A stretch of DNA of 64,000 nucleotides from Selaginella moellendorffii (GCF_000143415.4 NW_003314289.1:91109-155108), one strand, 5' to 3'; positions 22,691 through 34,312 are shown, counted from the stretch's first letter. A program made the numbers and translations. Notes: generated by a model from the letters alone, not told the origin.

Positions 22691-23562
22691 GGTGGCTGTC
22701 TGCCTACTTTTACAGGGTACAACATGCAGCAGTAGTGCTGCTCACGAAGCAAACATCATCTGGGGATATTTCCGTGATCTCGGTGGTGATAGAGCTGGTC
22801 ACTGCAGTTGTAGGCCGCAAGCATTGCATTCCTCTGGCTTGGGGATCGTGTTGAAACCTCGCCTGGCCCTCGCAACAAGCCCATTGCGGTAGTATGCGAC
22901 ACTGAGCGACAATCCAGAACATGGAATCCCTCTTCGGCATTCAACGCCTCCCTCAGGAAACCGTTCCGAAGGCATATTGTCATAAACCCGCTTAGATTCC
23001 AGCAGATGCCCTGGGAGGGCAAATGCAGCCACGATACGAAGTCGTGCATTTGGGCAAACGTGGACTTTGACTGCGCTCCTCCGTACGCCGCTACGTACAA
23101 GATTCCAGGTGCCAGAGCGGCATCTGGCCGAACAATCGCTGTGGCATGGCGCTTGTTTGCTAACAAGAGAGAGAATCAAAGTCTAAAGAATATTTTTGTG
23201 CCTAGAGTCGAATATCCTGTCGGCAAGAGAAAGAATATCCTCCTGGCCGTGAAATATTCTCTCTAATTAAGATATACCTTAGACTGCATATGCTGCGAGC
23301 ATCCGTGGATTCCTCAAAATCCCACGCAACTAGCAGACAGAGTCTTATGGAACGCTTGTTTTGCCTCAATCCGGCGTACATCTTGTTGTAGACAAACACG
23401 GCGCCCGCGAAAGCGTGACGAACACAGTGTCTGTGAATCTGGAGCGTTGGATGGCGACAATCTGCGCCGTCTATACTTTCTTTCTTTTTGGAAGCTACCA
23501 AAACAAAGGTTCCAAGTCTTGGAACAAGCTTGAAAGCGGGAGATCCCAAGTCTCCTCTTCTT

Positions 23563-24805
23563 TCAGGTCGTGTTCTTATTCTCTTTCCTACACAAGAGAT
23601 CAATCCAAGGAAAACACCCACACAAACTTGGAAGTACCTGGCGAGCGAGCGATGAATCTCTCCACGTCGAGGAATCCATGGGCTCCTCCTCGTCGCGCAC
23701 AAACCCCCGGATCTTGTCCATCACCCGGTAGTACTGCTCGGTGTTTGGAAAGATGAAGAAACCCACTGGCGTGTCCTCGAGCACCAGGACCTCCACGCTC
23801 TTCCCGGATCTCTCCATCCCCCTAGCGTACCGTAGCTGCCAGTCCTGCGTCAAATCCAGCCCCGCCACCACCACCAGCGACTTTGGCACTGGAATCTCCC
23901 CGAGCACCCTTTCCGCGGCCGAGCCGGGCCCGAAAACGTTGCAAGCCGGGTGATCCCTGTCCGCCCCCTCGGGCAAGAAGAGCTTCCAGTAGTAATCCCT
24001 GTCCTTGACCGTCACAAAGTACTGCCCGTCCAGCCTCCTCTCGGACGCGGTCCTCTCCACACCGCCAAACATGGGCATCAAGAGAACGTGCCCAACGACG
24101 CGCACCGGCCAGAGCTCGTGCCGCGCGGTAGCCGCCGCGACGCCCACGTGATGGACCATGTTACCGCCGCTGCTGTCCCCCGCTAGAAAGCACCGCGAGA
24201 GGTCGGCCCCCGGCGGTAGCCACGTGGCAGCAACGTGCCGGGCGGCTTGCAGCCGGAGCCACCGGAGCGCCGCCAGGCCGTCGCGGTACGCCGCCGGGCA
24301 GCGGTGCTCCGGCGCCCGGCGGTAGTTGACGGAGATGACCACCGCCCGGCACGTACGGCAGAGCTGGCGGCACACCATGTCGTACAGCGCGGTATTGGCG
24401 GAGGAGTGCGCGTAGCTGCCGCCGTGGAAGTAGAAGATTATGGGCACTTTGTCGTCGCGATTTTCTTGCTCTTCTTGGGCGTAGGCGATGGCGGGGAGGA
24501 AGATCCGGGACCAAAGGCCGGAGGAGCGATCAATGGTCACGTCCATGGACGCGACGCCGTCGTGTGGGGCGAGGCTAGCGCTGGCCTTGCGATCGTGGAA
24601 TTCGGCGAGGTTGCGGTTGAAGGATCCGTCGGCGCCGCGCGTGAGCATGTACTCCACCTTGAGCTTGGAGATGAGGATCCAGGTGCTGAGCGGCACCACA
24701 TCCTGGAAGAAGGGATCGCGATAAAGAAATCACGCAAGAAATCTCTCAAGAAACTCGGAATCTCACCTTCGAGGGCTTGAGAATCGCCTTGCTACAGGAA
24801 TTCAT
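23563..24805 (-). CDS. GID1: Gibberellin receptor GID1 (lycophyte type)
   Basis: Exon 1 (24805-24767) encodes MNSCSKAILKPSK and the intron is 24766-24703. Exon 2 encodes DVVPLSTWILISKLK..DGSFNRNLAEF, HGGS..HSSANTALYD, AGDSSGGN, LDGQYFVTVKDRDYYWK, VAGLDLTQDWQ and TPVGF (catalytic His replaced by Val, the GID1 hallmark). Confidence 0.95.
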
Positions 24806-25259
24806 CTCCAAAACCCCGCGGCGGAGCTGCTAGAACGCGCTTGGCGGCTTTCTAAATAGATCCATGGCGTGACGATCCGAGGAGCGCGGCAAGTCCTAGG
24901 CATCCATTCGCAGCCGCGTTCCAATCCGTCGCCAATCGCGTCCCTTTGCGACCCTCACAAAGCCCCAGAATTTGGATCATCGCGCACGCCAAAATCCCCC
25001 GCTTGAATCACTCCAGCCAATCGCCCCCACAGTACTATTGGCAAGCTGACAGCATTGGATTCGATCGACCCCGAGTAGCTCGCCTGTAGATCTGCTAGGC
25101 CTACTGTGTTGCATCGATCTGGACGCTAGCGCCTTGTAGCCTCTATAAACCCTAACAATGCCACCATGAAAAGAGACGAATCTTCCATGGAATAATCTCG
25201 AATTATAGCGCTAGAGGCATGAGAGCCACACAATAGAAGGTGTGGCGGGAGAGAGGGCA

Positions 25260-26043
25260 ATGGCCGATTCCATGGCGAAGCTCTCGTCCAATCTCGCGAT
25301 GTTTCGCCCCGGCGTCGCGCTTCCTCCATCGCAAAGCTGCCGGAATCGAAGATTGGTGGTGCGAGCGGCCGCTGGGACGATCGCCGGAGGAGGAGCCGGG
25401 GGATATCGTACTATCAGGAGAAGAGTAAGTGATCCAATCCACAATCCCAGAGTGAAATTCTCGAGTAAGCGCGATCCAATCCAAGCGCGGCGAGGGAGCA
25501 ATCGATCCAGAACGATAGCGAGCGAGGAATCCATTCCATCCATCCCATCCATCGAAAGAGTGATTTTCTTTTGCTCACGAACAGCATTCTCATGGATTGG
25601 AACTCCTGTAGGTCGCCAAGGTGCTGTCGATCGGTGACAAATCCGCCAAGTTCCGGGACAAGGCATCCGGGGACTCGCCCAACATCAAGCTCCTCTCGCG
25701 GATCGAGCAGCTCCGGCTGCTCACCAAGGCCGAGAAAGCCGGCCTCCTCTCCACGGCCGAGAACCTGGGATTCACGCTCTCCTCCATCGAGAAGCTAGGG
25801 CTCCTCTCCAAGGCCGAGGAGCTGGGCGTCCTGTCCGCCGCCACGGATCCATCCACGCCCGGCGCGCTCCTCACCACCGCGCTCGCATTGCTCCTCCTCG
25901 GCCCGGCCTTCGTCTACTTCGTCCCGGAGAACTCGGTGCCGCTCGTCGTGCTCCAGGCCGTGGTGGCGGCGGTGTCCGTGCTGGGAGGATCGGCCGCGTT
26001 CGCGGCATCGAATTTCGTGGCCACGATCCAAGCCGCGAAGTGA
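25260..26043 (+). CDS. RIQ1: DUF1118 thylakoid protein (RIQ1-like), 2 exons
   Basis: Transit-peptide-like exon 25260-25424, intron to 25611, then [45 protein letters not shown] and two hydrophobic helices. The start could instead be 25272. Confidence 0.82.
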
Positions 26044-26142
26044 AATAGATTCCCAGGGAATCCCAAATGCGAAAATTAGGGTTCTTCGGATAAACCCTAG
26101 ATAGGATTGTAATGGAGGTCCAATGGCGATGAGCGCGCTCCC

Positions 26143-27879
26143 ATGGCGCCCTGGCCGATTCCATGGCTCGGCCGCCTCCTCTGGCGCTCCGATCCAGCCG
26201 GTGGCGACGGCGATTTGGCCGCGATCGCAGAGTCCACGCGCAGGTTTGTCACGCTGCTCAAGACGCCGGGTACTCAATCGACGAGGGCACCGCCAGGTCT
26301 GGTCTATTTGCTCGCATCCGAGGCTCTTTCCGAGCGATCGGCGCTGGATGCCGTGGAGGTCGTGCGCGCGATTAAGCCGGGAGCGGTGGTAGCACAGGTA
26401 GGAAATGGAGATCTCGCGGGTCTTCGATCGGAGGAGGAGAGTGGCAAGGAGAGGATTCCAACGAGTTCTCTGGCGGTGATCGGGGCTTGTTTCTTAGATA
26501 GCTCGCAGCGCAAGAGCTTCGATAGCAAGGCAGGAGTGGAAGTGTTGCGATCCATCTTTGGAACTACGTATCACGGACCGGCTCTCAGCGCTAAGAATGC
26601 TGCGAGGGAGGCTAGGTGTGCGTTTCTTTTCCTCGAGACGCCGAGCACAGGGAAGAACGACGCGGGAAAGAGTGACGCTGGGCGGATTCGCTTCGGGCAA
26701 ATGGTGGTTTCACCAGAGATTGCTGCTAGAGTCTACGATGCATCCTCGAGTTTCCAGGGACTAAGTTTGTGCCAGAGTTTGAGAAACGGTGATAGACATC
26801 ATGGCGACTCTCGCGAGTTTCCGGCCTATGCTTCGTCGTTCTACGCTCTCCTGGTCGATCTACACGACGCGTACCGCGAGCTCCCGGGGATGAACACGGC
26901 ACTGGCGCATGCACGGAGTTTGCTCTTTGACGTCGAGCAGGGAAGGCCTGTGGATCAAACCGAGCTCGCCGGGGCTCAAAAGTTTCGCCTCGCGGTGGAG
27001 GGTCTTCGGATCGCACTCGCTGCCGCTGGTTCTCGATCCGACAGTAGCACCAAACGCTTCCGGAAAGCTCCAAAGTTTGAGGAGATGTCTGGGGCGGATC
27101 AAGGTGACGTTCTTCTCGCCCAGGCTCTCCAGGAGCAAGCGAGAGCTCACGGCTCGGTGGTGGCGGTGGTGGACGCGAGCAGCATAGCCGGCATTCGCCG
27201 GCAGTGGAACACGGCCGTGGCTCCGGACGTCCGAGACCGTGCCCGTGAGTGCTTCGTAGTGGAATTCGACAAAGTTGGCGATGATGATGGTGACGAAAAC
27301 TTAGAGAAGAAGATAGTTGGCTCCGGTGGTGCTGTGGCCGTGGTCGGGATCGCCTCGCTCCCCTGGTGGGCTTCTGCGACGACTCCCTTCACCAAGGTTC
27401 TAGTTCTCAAGGCCCCGGCCTTCGTCAAGCTCGGGCTCGTTCAGATCAAGAGAAACGCGACGGTTGTCTTCGCAAAGTCGGTCACTCCGCTCCTCACGCC
27501 AGGCAAGGCTTTCTCGGCGGTGGTGAAATCTGCTGCCAGTGCCGGGAAGGCTCGAGCCGCTGCTCACAGCGTAGTGGCTACTGCCGAGCGAGCGACGCTA
27601 TCGGCGATTCGAACAGCGTTTTACTGCCTGATGAGGAAGAAGCAAGGGATGTCGAGTGGTGGAAGGCCATGGCTGGTGCTGGGAGGAAGTGTAGCGGCTG
27701 GTGCTGGGATTTTGTGGAGCGGTGACAGGCTTGAGTCGGCCATCGAGGTGGCTCCGGCGGCTCCGAGCGTGGCGCGCTTGGGACGTGGTTTGGAAAACTT
27801 GGAGAGAGCTTCCAGGTCGTTAAGCGAGAGCCAGCCACAGCGTGTATGGGAGGATTTGTACAAAGTGCTTCACAAGTAA
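26143..27879 (+). CDS. Uncharacterised 578-aa intronless protein with divergent TraB/PrgY/GumN-like motifs and hydrophobic C-terminal segments
   Basis: Long ORF. VYLLASEALSERSALDAVEVVRAIKPGAVVAQV and LAQALQEQA..SVVAVVDASSIAGIRRQW parallel the N- and C-terminal TraB motifs. Confidence 0.75.
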   Translation: MAPWPIPWLGRLLWRSDPAGGDGDLAAIAESTRRFVTLLKTPGTQSTRAPPGLVYLLASEALSERSALDAVEVVRAIKPGAVVAQVGNGDLAGLRSEEESGKERIPTSSLAVIGACFLDSSQRKSFDSKAGVEVLRSIFGTTYHGPALSAKNAAREARCAFLFLETPSTGKNDAGKSDAGRIRFGQMVVSPEIAARVYDASSSFQGLSLCQSLRNGDRHHGDSREFPAYASSFYALLVDLHDAYRELPGMNTALAHARSLLFDVEQGRPVDQTELAGAQKFRLAVEGLRIALAAAGSRSDSSTKRFRKAPKFEEMSGADQGDVLLAQALQEQARAHGSVVAVVDASSIAGIRRQWNTAVAPDVRDRARECFVVEFDKVGDDDGDENLEKKIVGSGGAVAVVGIASLPWWASATTPFTKVLVLKAPAFVKLGLVQIKRNATVVFAKSVTPLLTPGKAFSAVVKSAASAGKARAAAHSVVATAERATLSAIRTAFYCLMRKKQGMSSGGRPWLVLGGSVAAGAGILWSGDRLESAIEVAPAAPSVARLGRGLENLERASRSLSESQPQRVWEDLYKVLHK

Positions 27880-28027
27880 GTCAGGGAGTTTTGTTTATCA
27901 CTCTGGACAGGTTGATTGATCGGAACGTTGGATGAAGTAAGTTTATTTGCAAATAATTCTTTTCAGCGTAGCTAACAAGTCGAAATGTTTTCTCCAGAAT
28001 TTACAACTTTACAAAGCGCGGAGGTGC

Positions 28028-29081
28028 TCAAGAACAGCAGTTTGGCTTGTGCTGCAAAACCTGTCCTCTGAGTGGGATTGTGGTGGGCTTTGCAGCGCTC
28101 ATCGACGGCTGGCTCGCCATTCTACACGCGAAAGAAGAGAAAACGAGAAAAAGAAAGAGAGAAGATCAAACACCAACGTACCTGTTTTTGATCTCGGCAG
28201 CCATGGTCATGAAAGCTTGCTCAACGTTGGTAGCATTCTTGGCGCTGGTTTCTAGAAACGGGATTCCAATCTCATCCGCAAAGGCCTGTCACGAAGAAAA
28301 GATTTTTACTTTGTACAGTAGAAAGAAAGAATAACAGAAGTTGTCACCTTGGCAGTCTGATAATCCACGACTTTCTTTGCAGTTAAATCGCACTTGTTGC
28401 CGACGAGAAGCTTGTTTACGTTCTCGCTCGCGTAGCGATCGATCTCGTTGAGCCATTGCTTGACGTTGTTGAAGCTTTCCTGGTCGGTCACGTCATAGAC
28501 AACCTGAGAAAACAAAGAGTCGAGAAGATAAGAACTTGCAAGGAAAGACTAGAAAGAACTAGGAACAAATCGAGAACTTTAAAAAAGAATCGAGAAGGAT
28601 CTGGCAAGAAACAAGAGAACTTACGATGATCCCATGAGCTCCCCTGTAATAGCTGCTCGTGATCGTTCTAAAACGTTCTTGGCCAGCCGTGTCCCACTGA
28701 CAGATGGAAGAACATAAGCGAAGAAGTAAAGTCCTTTCTGGCTTACAATTTGGAGCTTGATCGTCTTCCCATCCAGCTCCACGGTGCGAATTTTCTGAGA
28801 AAAGATTTCCAGAATGAAATAACAAGGAATCCTCTCATACATACGAAGTCTACTCCAATCGTACTGATGTAGCTCTCCAGGTAAGAATCGTCCTGTGCCA
28901 CAATCCATCCCCCATTCAGAAGCATTCGCGAGAATATGAGCTTACAGCGAATCTCAGAAGCAAGCACGACTTTCCAACACCAGAATCCCCGATCAGCAAC
29001 AGCTTGAACAAATAGTCACTGCGATTCAAGATCAGAATCCTCGAACAGAAAGGAAGAAATTGCTTACTACTCGGGATTCAT
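28028..29081 (-). CDS. RABD2: Rab1/RabD small GTPase, 8 exons
   Basis: MNPEY|[48 protein letters not shown], and C-terminal CCS* prenylation motif. Confidence 0.95.
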
Positions 29082-30191
29082 GATCAGAAGCGCGGCCCCA
29101 AAATGCAGTGAAACGAGGAACCCTAAACTCAAAAGCAACCGATTTAAGCAGATGTTTTTAAACATGTTATAATTAATTTATAAGTGTAAAACAGATTAAG
29201 AAATTGTTAAGAATTATGCACAAAATTTTCAATGTCCTTGACACACTCATCCAGCAGTACTCTATACCACACATTGCACCCTTCACACAGGATTTCTTAA
29301 TTTCTTAGGATCGATTAACCCATGTCTAATTGCTATTCACATGGAACCCTTTCCACTTTCATTTTAATATTTGTTACTACCACCAAAGATTTACACTGAT
29401 AGCAAATTTTGTTGAAACTTCCAACCTTTATCTCCATAACAATTCATCTAGTGAGCATGACTTCCCAAAGCAAGATAAGAAGCCTGAGAGGTTCCCCACA
29501 AGACTTGAGCCATGAAAAAGGATATTATACTGAGTGCACATTGCAATTAATATGTGTTTTCAAGGATGGAATTCTCAAATGTTTCAATTTGGTGAAGTGA
29601 AAACTTCAAGAAATAGAGTCATAAAAAAGATCTCTAAAAGACCTGAGGCAATTTTTAGTTATATTTGCATCTGAACATAAAAAAAGAAGAGAAGAAGGAA
29701 GTACCTCATAGCTTGAAATGATGGTTCACATGTTAATTATATATCAATTATGCACTTGCCAAATGTGACGAATTTCCAAAACATGCTACTATTCCTTAAT
29801 TCCCTGTACGATATAGAAGAAACCATCAATGCTTATGAACTTTGAAACAAATGGTCACTCGCAGAATACACAAGCTACCTGTTGGACAATGAGTTTTCTA
29901 AAAGTGCACTCCAGGATGGCTATAGTCATGAAGTTCCATGAGAACTCTTTCCTTCTCGGAGGAAAAATGGGCCTTCCAGCTGGAACTTTGGTGCCCTCTC
30001 GGCATTCTCGAGACTCTTGTTCGAGAAATCCTGCTCGGAGCCAAGCCTCAGGTCGATTAGACAGCTCTGCGATCCTGTCTGCCATCCCAGAACTCCGCTA
30101 CTCACGTTTCTGCACTCGACTATCCCAATTTTCCATGGATTTTCGTCACTTGCTGCCACTCAATGATCCGAAGATCTCTAGCGAACGCGCG

Positions 30192-30436
30192 CATACGCTG
30201 CTGGGCTGCTCTATGGTTGCAACGCCCCCAACTTGCGCCAAGGTGGCGGCCATGGTGGTGAGCCAGCAGGCGGTGCGGCTGAGGCAACGAGGACGCGATC
30301 CAGCTCGCCATGGAGTTTGCGCTCCAGCAACAGCAGCAGCAAGCATCGCCGCCGGAGCTCACGGTCAGGAATGGTGATCTTGAGTCTGGAACTAGCGCCA
30401 ATTTGTAGCATTCTCTCGTTCAATGAGTAAATCTTT
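30192..30436 (+). pseudogene. Inverted degenerate copy of the 3' end of the adjacent pfkB gene
   Basis: Near reverse complement of 30900-31162 (AKVAAMVVSQQ..MEFALQQQQQQASPPEL..DLESGT and 3' UTR), with small indels. Confidence 0.9.
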
Positions 30437-30920
30437 ATCTCTTTTGAGCTCGAGGAAGAGTTCCATCCAAGAATATGGATAGCAATGACAGGGAAGAAAA
30501 TGCGAAGCACTGGAGAATAATAATACATGCTTTTTGGGTTAATATGTTATGGCCGCTCACTTCCAATCACCAGCTTGGTCATTTTGATAACTTGAGCTTT
30601 TTGCAGTCGAATTTCACAGAGGTGTAAGAAAAAAAAAAAGCGATTACAACAATAAAATCATTCATATCACTATTTAATCTGAAGAAGTCAACACAATCAC
30701 ACATTTCATGTTCTTGACGCACATATTCAGCAGTACTACGTTTGCTTTCCAATCATTATCTCTCCGTGGCAGTTCATGAGATTGTGAGCATCGCTTCCTG
30801 AGCAAGAGTAAGATTGGAAGGCCGTAACACTTTAGCTATAGGGACGGCCATTTTCCCTACCATCCTTGGCGAGCTGGATCAAAAGAGAGGTCAGCTCTCA
30901 AAGATTTACTCAATGAGTTG

Positions 30921-32642
30921 CTACAAATTGGCGCCAGTTCCAGACTCAAGATCACCATTCCTGACCTTGAGCTCTGGCGGCGATGCTTGCTGCTGCTGTT
31001 GCTGGAGCGCAAACTCCATGGCGAGCTGGTTCGCGTCCTCGTGCCTCAGCCGTGCCCCCTGCTGGCTCACCACCATTGCCGCCACCTTGGCCGCCAAGCT
31101 CCCAATCCCCCGCAAGTTGGGGGCGTTGCACAGCAGCCCATAGAGCAGCCCGGCAGCGTACGCGTCCCCGGCGCCGCAAGTGTCCACAGGCTTGCAGCGT
31201 CGCGATGGAGGGACGTAGACGACCGAGCCCGCCAGAGCGATGTAAGATCCTCTCGCGCCGTCGGTCACCGACACGAGCTTGCAGTAGCGGCTGAGGTGCT
31301 GCGCGGCAAAGCTCGGACTCGTGCTCGATCCAAATCCACACAGAGCTCGGGCCTCGTCGCTGTTTGCAAAGAGGATGTCGGCACTGGATTCCATCACGTC
31401 CCTGGGGAGAAGGAAACAAGCTCTCGGTGAAAAAGAGAGGAAAAGAGTGATTTTTTTGTGTACCAGAATTGATCGCGATGACGAGATATGCACGAGGCGT
31501 CGCTGGCAGTGAGGGCGACGAGGACGTTGGCCTTGCGAGCCTCCTGGCAAGCTCGAGAGAGAGCCTGGATTGTTTGGGGGATCTCCCAGAGGTAGCCTTC
31601 CACCACCAGGAGCCTCGAGGCGGAGAGAGCTTTGGCGAGGACTTGGTCGTACTCAATCACCGAGGACATGCCCTGTGGTTTCAAGGATCTAACAACAACA
31701 AAAAATGGTTCTTTTTTTTTTCACCTGGTAGGAAAGCATAGTTCGCTGGGCATCCGGTGTTGTGAGAACGATCACTGTTCCAGTCGTGCCCCTGACCATC
31801 GGGGATGATAGAAAGTGTACGTTGGCACGTAAGAGCTTTGTTCTGACGAAGAAAACCCACACAACAGTGAGTAAGAGATAAAAATCGAGCCCGAAGAACT
31901 TACCTGTAAAAATCGCCTAATGGATCTTTGCCGACACTCCCAGTCATGGCTACGTTGATCCTTCCCGTCCCGAGCCTCGCTAATGCGACGAGTGTGTTCG
32001 AGAGAGAGCCTCCAGCCGAGACTTTGTAGCTCCGGCCGTCGAGAGCCTGTAGAACCTTGCCTCGTTGCTCGTGGTCGATAACGGTTCTCACTCCTTTCTC
32101 TAGTTGCAGCCTCTCGAGAGCGTCATTGCCAACCATAGCAGAGCAATCCACCTACATAGAAAAAAAGAGAACATGAGAAAAAGGATAACAATAACAAGAA
32201 TTCTATGAAGTGTATAGAAAACTACGCGAATGGATAGCAATCACAGGGAAGAGAATGCGTACGCCAATGGATAGGGAAGAAAAGGTGTAGCACTGGAGAA
32301 AAGAAGCATTGGGAACTTCAAGAAAGAAACAAACCAAGCATGCTTAAACCCTAGCAAAACCCTGGCAATGCCGCTTACCATAGCTTGTCCCAATCCCACC
32401 ACGTCCCATTGCGATGGCACCGCCGTCTCTGGAACTCCATACGGCTGATCGCCATCCTCCGCGCCGCCGCTACGGCACAATCCGCCCATTCTCGACCGCC
32501 GCAGGCTCAACCCCAAATCTTTGCGCTGCTTACATTGCCACCGCCTCCAGCCAAATAGCGATTGCCTCCTTGATGGCAATGGCGACGACGAATTCCCTGC
32601 TGCGGCCAAGCAGCTAGGATTGCTCTCGCACGCCACCGCCAT
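30921..32642 (-). CDS. NARA5: Plastid pfkB-family carbohydrate kinase (NARA5-like)
   Basis: WDVVGLGQAM|VD, AGGSLSNTLVALARLG, GTTGTVIVLTTPDAQRTML, LLVVEGYLWE, FANSDEA, and pfkB signature VDTCGAGDAYAAG. Transit-like N-terminus. Confidence 0.88.
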
Positions 32643-32985
32643 TCTTTCCCCTCCCTTTAAAGCCTATCCTCCATCGCAGCCCCCTTTGAAAACCTAAAGC
32701 CCTCACAGCGCGAAGTAAAGGCAATCTTCTCCAAGAACACAAACACCAGCTTATCCGCGTGGCAGGCCGTTTGGAATTCCGCCAATGACATGGACGGGAA
32801 ACGTCCACGATGCCAGCCCTAATTAAAGTGCCCTAGATTCATGAATCTTTTTAAATTTAAACCTTTTCGCGGCAAATCGTGTTGTAGTAATTAATTCTAT
32901 CTTCTATCTTTTTCGCGTATGGAAACGACTAGGATGATTCGTGACCGAGCGCGATCGATCGATCTATTCACATAGCTCTCTCTTA

Positions 32986-34199
32986 TCACTTGAAGAACTG
33001 GTAGAGGAAATCGAGGAATCCCGTTCCTCGCAAGAACCCTTTGCCAGTGACGAGCTCGAAAACTAGCAGCAGCGAGAAGCCCATCATCGCCGCCCTGCCG
33101 TTTGTGATCTCGTTCTCCGGCGTGAATCCAAACACCCGCTTGTTTTCGTCCTCCACCACCATACGAACCTGTGGAAGAAAAGAGAGATTTCTTTTCGCCT
33201 TGGAACTTTGGAATCGAGAAAGGCTTACTTCTTCGATGTTAACATCCGAGGCTGTTCTTCCCGCGAATGTCGGTCCGCTGAAAACGATCTCGGTGGATTT
33301 CTTGTCCTCTGCCTGCTGTTGCGTGTTGATGTAGATGTAGTCGCCGTCGATCTTGACGGGGTATGTGACGAGATTTCTAGTCGGCTGGAGCAGGAGCTTC
33401 ATCACTGGATTCGTGGGGTACCAGTCTTTGATCTCTCCAGTCTGGAGACTAAACGTTGATGAAGTGGAGGGACAAACAATGCAGCCATCCTGGAACAAAG
33501 TAGCACAAGGAAGAACAAAGTTTAGAGCGACCTTTCAAGGCAAAGTCGATGTTTCTCTCTTGCAATCGTGCATGATAAAAGCTTTGGACTCTCGTAGCCT
33601 TGAAAACTGTTTTTTATCTCCTCACGATGATCTGACTAGAAACTCTAGGAGATGTTACTTAAATCGACAATGCAGTGCATCTCTCTCTCTCGATCATCCC
33701 TGAAGATAACTCTTTGACTAATTTCTATGCTATGATCGATGCAAATGGAACGCACGCAATGAAGCCTCCCTCCCAATGCATAGATACTTACTGGTGTGAG
33801 CTTCGCATTGATCAATCCCTCGCTATAGGCGCCCTCCGCCGGCGATTTGTTCTCCACAGCGTACACATCGTTCTTGTACCACAGCAGCAAGATCGTCTCA
33901 TTCTCCTGCCTCACAAGCCTCCTCTCTCCTCTCGGCAAAGTCGCGAATGGAACCACCGGTATCCAGCTCCCAGCACCCCCAGCTTCTTCCTCCTCGGACG
34001 AATCGGGCGTTGTCGCGGTCGTAATCTCGCTGCTGCTGCTACATTTCAAGAATCCAGCCCTCAATCCACCGCATTTGCCATCGATTTGCTGCCACAGAGC
34101 TGCTCTCGATGCGCAAAATCGGCCCGCGCCGCCGCAAGAGAGTGGAGGCGTCCGGGAGAGATTGGGAAGAGGATTCAGACCTATCGCAGCGCTCGCCAT
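32986..34199 (-). CDS. PSB33: Rieske-like domain plus LHC-motif thylakoid protein (PSB33/TEF5/LIL8), 3 exons
   Basis: ILLLWYKNDVYAVENKSPAEGAYSEGL, DGCIVCPSTSSTFSL, and C-terminal FGFTPENEITNGRAAMMGF. Confidence 0.9.
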
Positions 34200-34312
34200 A
34201 GCCTAGCTCATCAAACGCGCGCCACAAAGTATATGGCGTGACGTGGCCCATCTTAGCTAGGGTTTTGGTTTAGGGTTTATGCAAATTCGTTTGCGCGGAA
34301 ACGATCGATTCC
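34200..34312. promoter_or_regulatory. 113-bp head-to-head spacer (candidate bidirectional promoter)
   Basis: TGACGTGGC (G-box/ABRE-like, 34239) overlapping GGCCCA (site II, 34245), plus two telo-boxes TAGGGTTT (34258, 34271). Confidence 0.7.

Larger units (their letters stand above)
20340..23460 (-). pseudogene. Deleted copy of the 6428-8437 PPR gene, split by Copia fragments
   Basis: 20385-20487 matches the E-domain at 6550-6677, 22720-23140 matches 6700-7340, and 23380-23458 matches 8316-8470. Confidence 0.88.

Noticed and set aside
27876-27910. GTAAGT at the stop of the TraB-like ORF as a splice donor
   Set aside because: The nearest acceptor gives only a 35-nt intron, shorter than any supported intron here.
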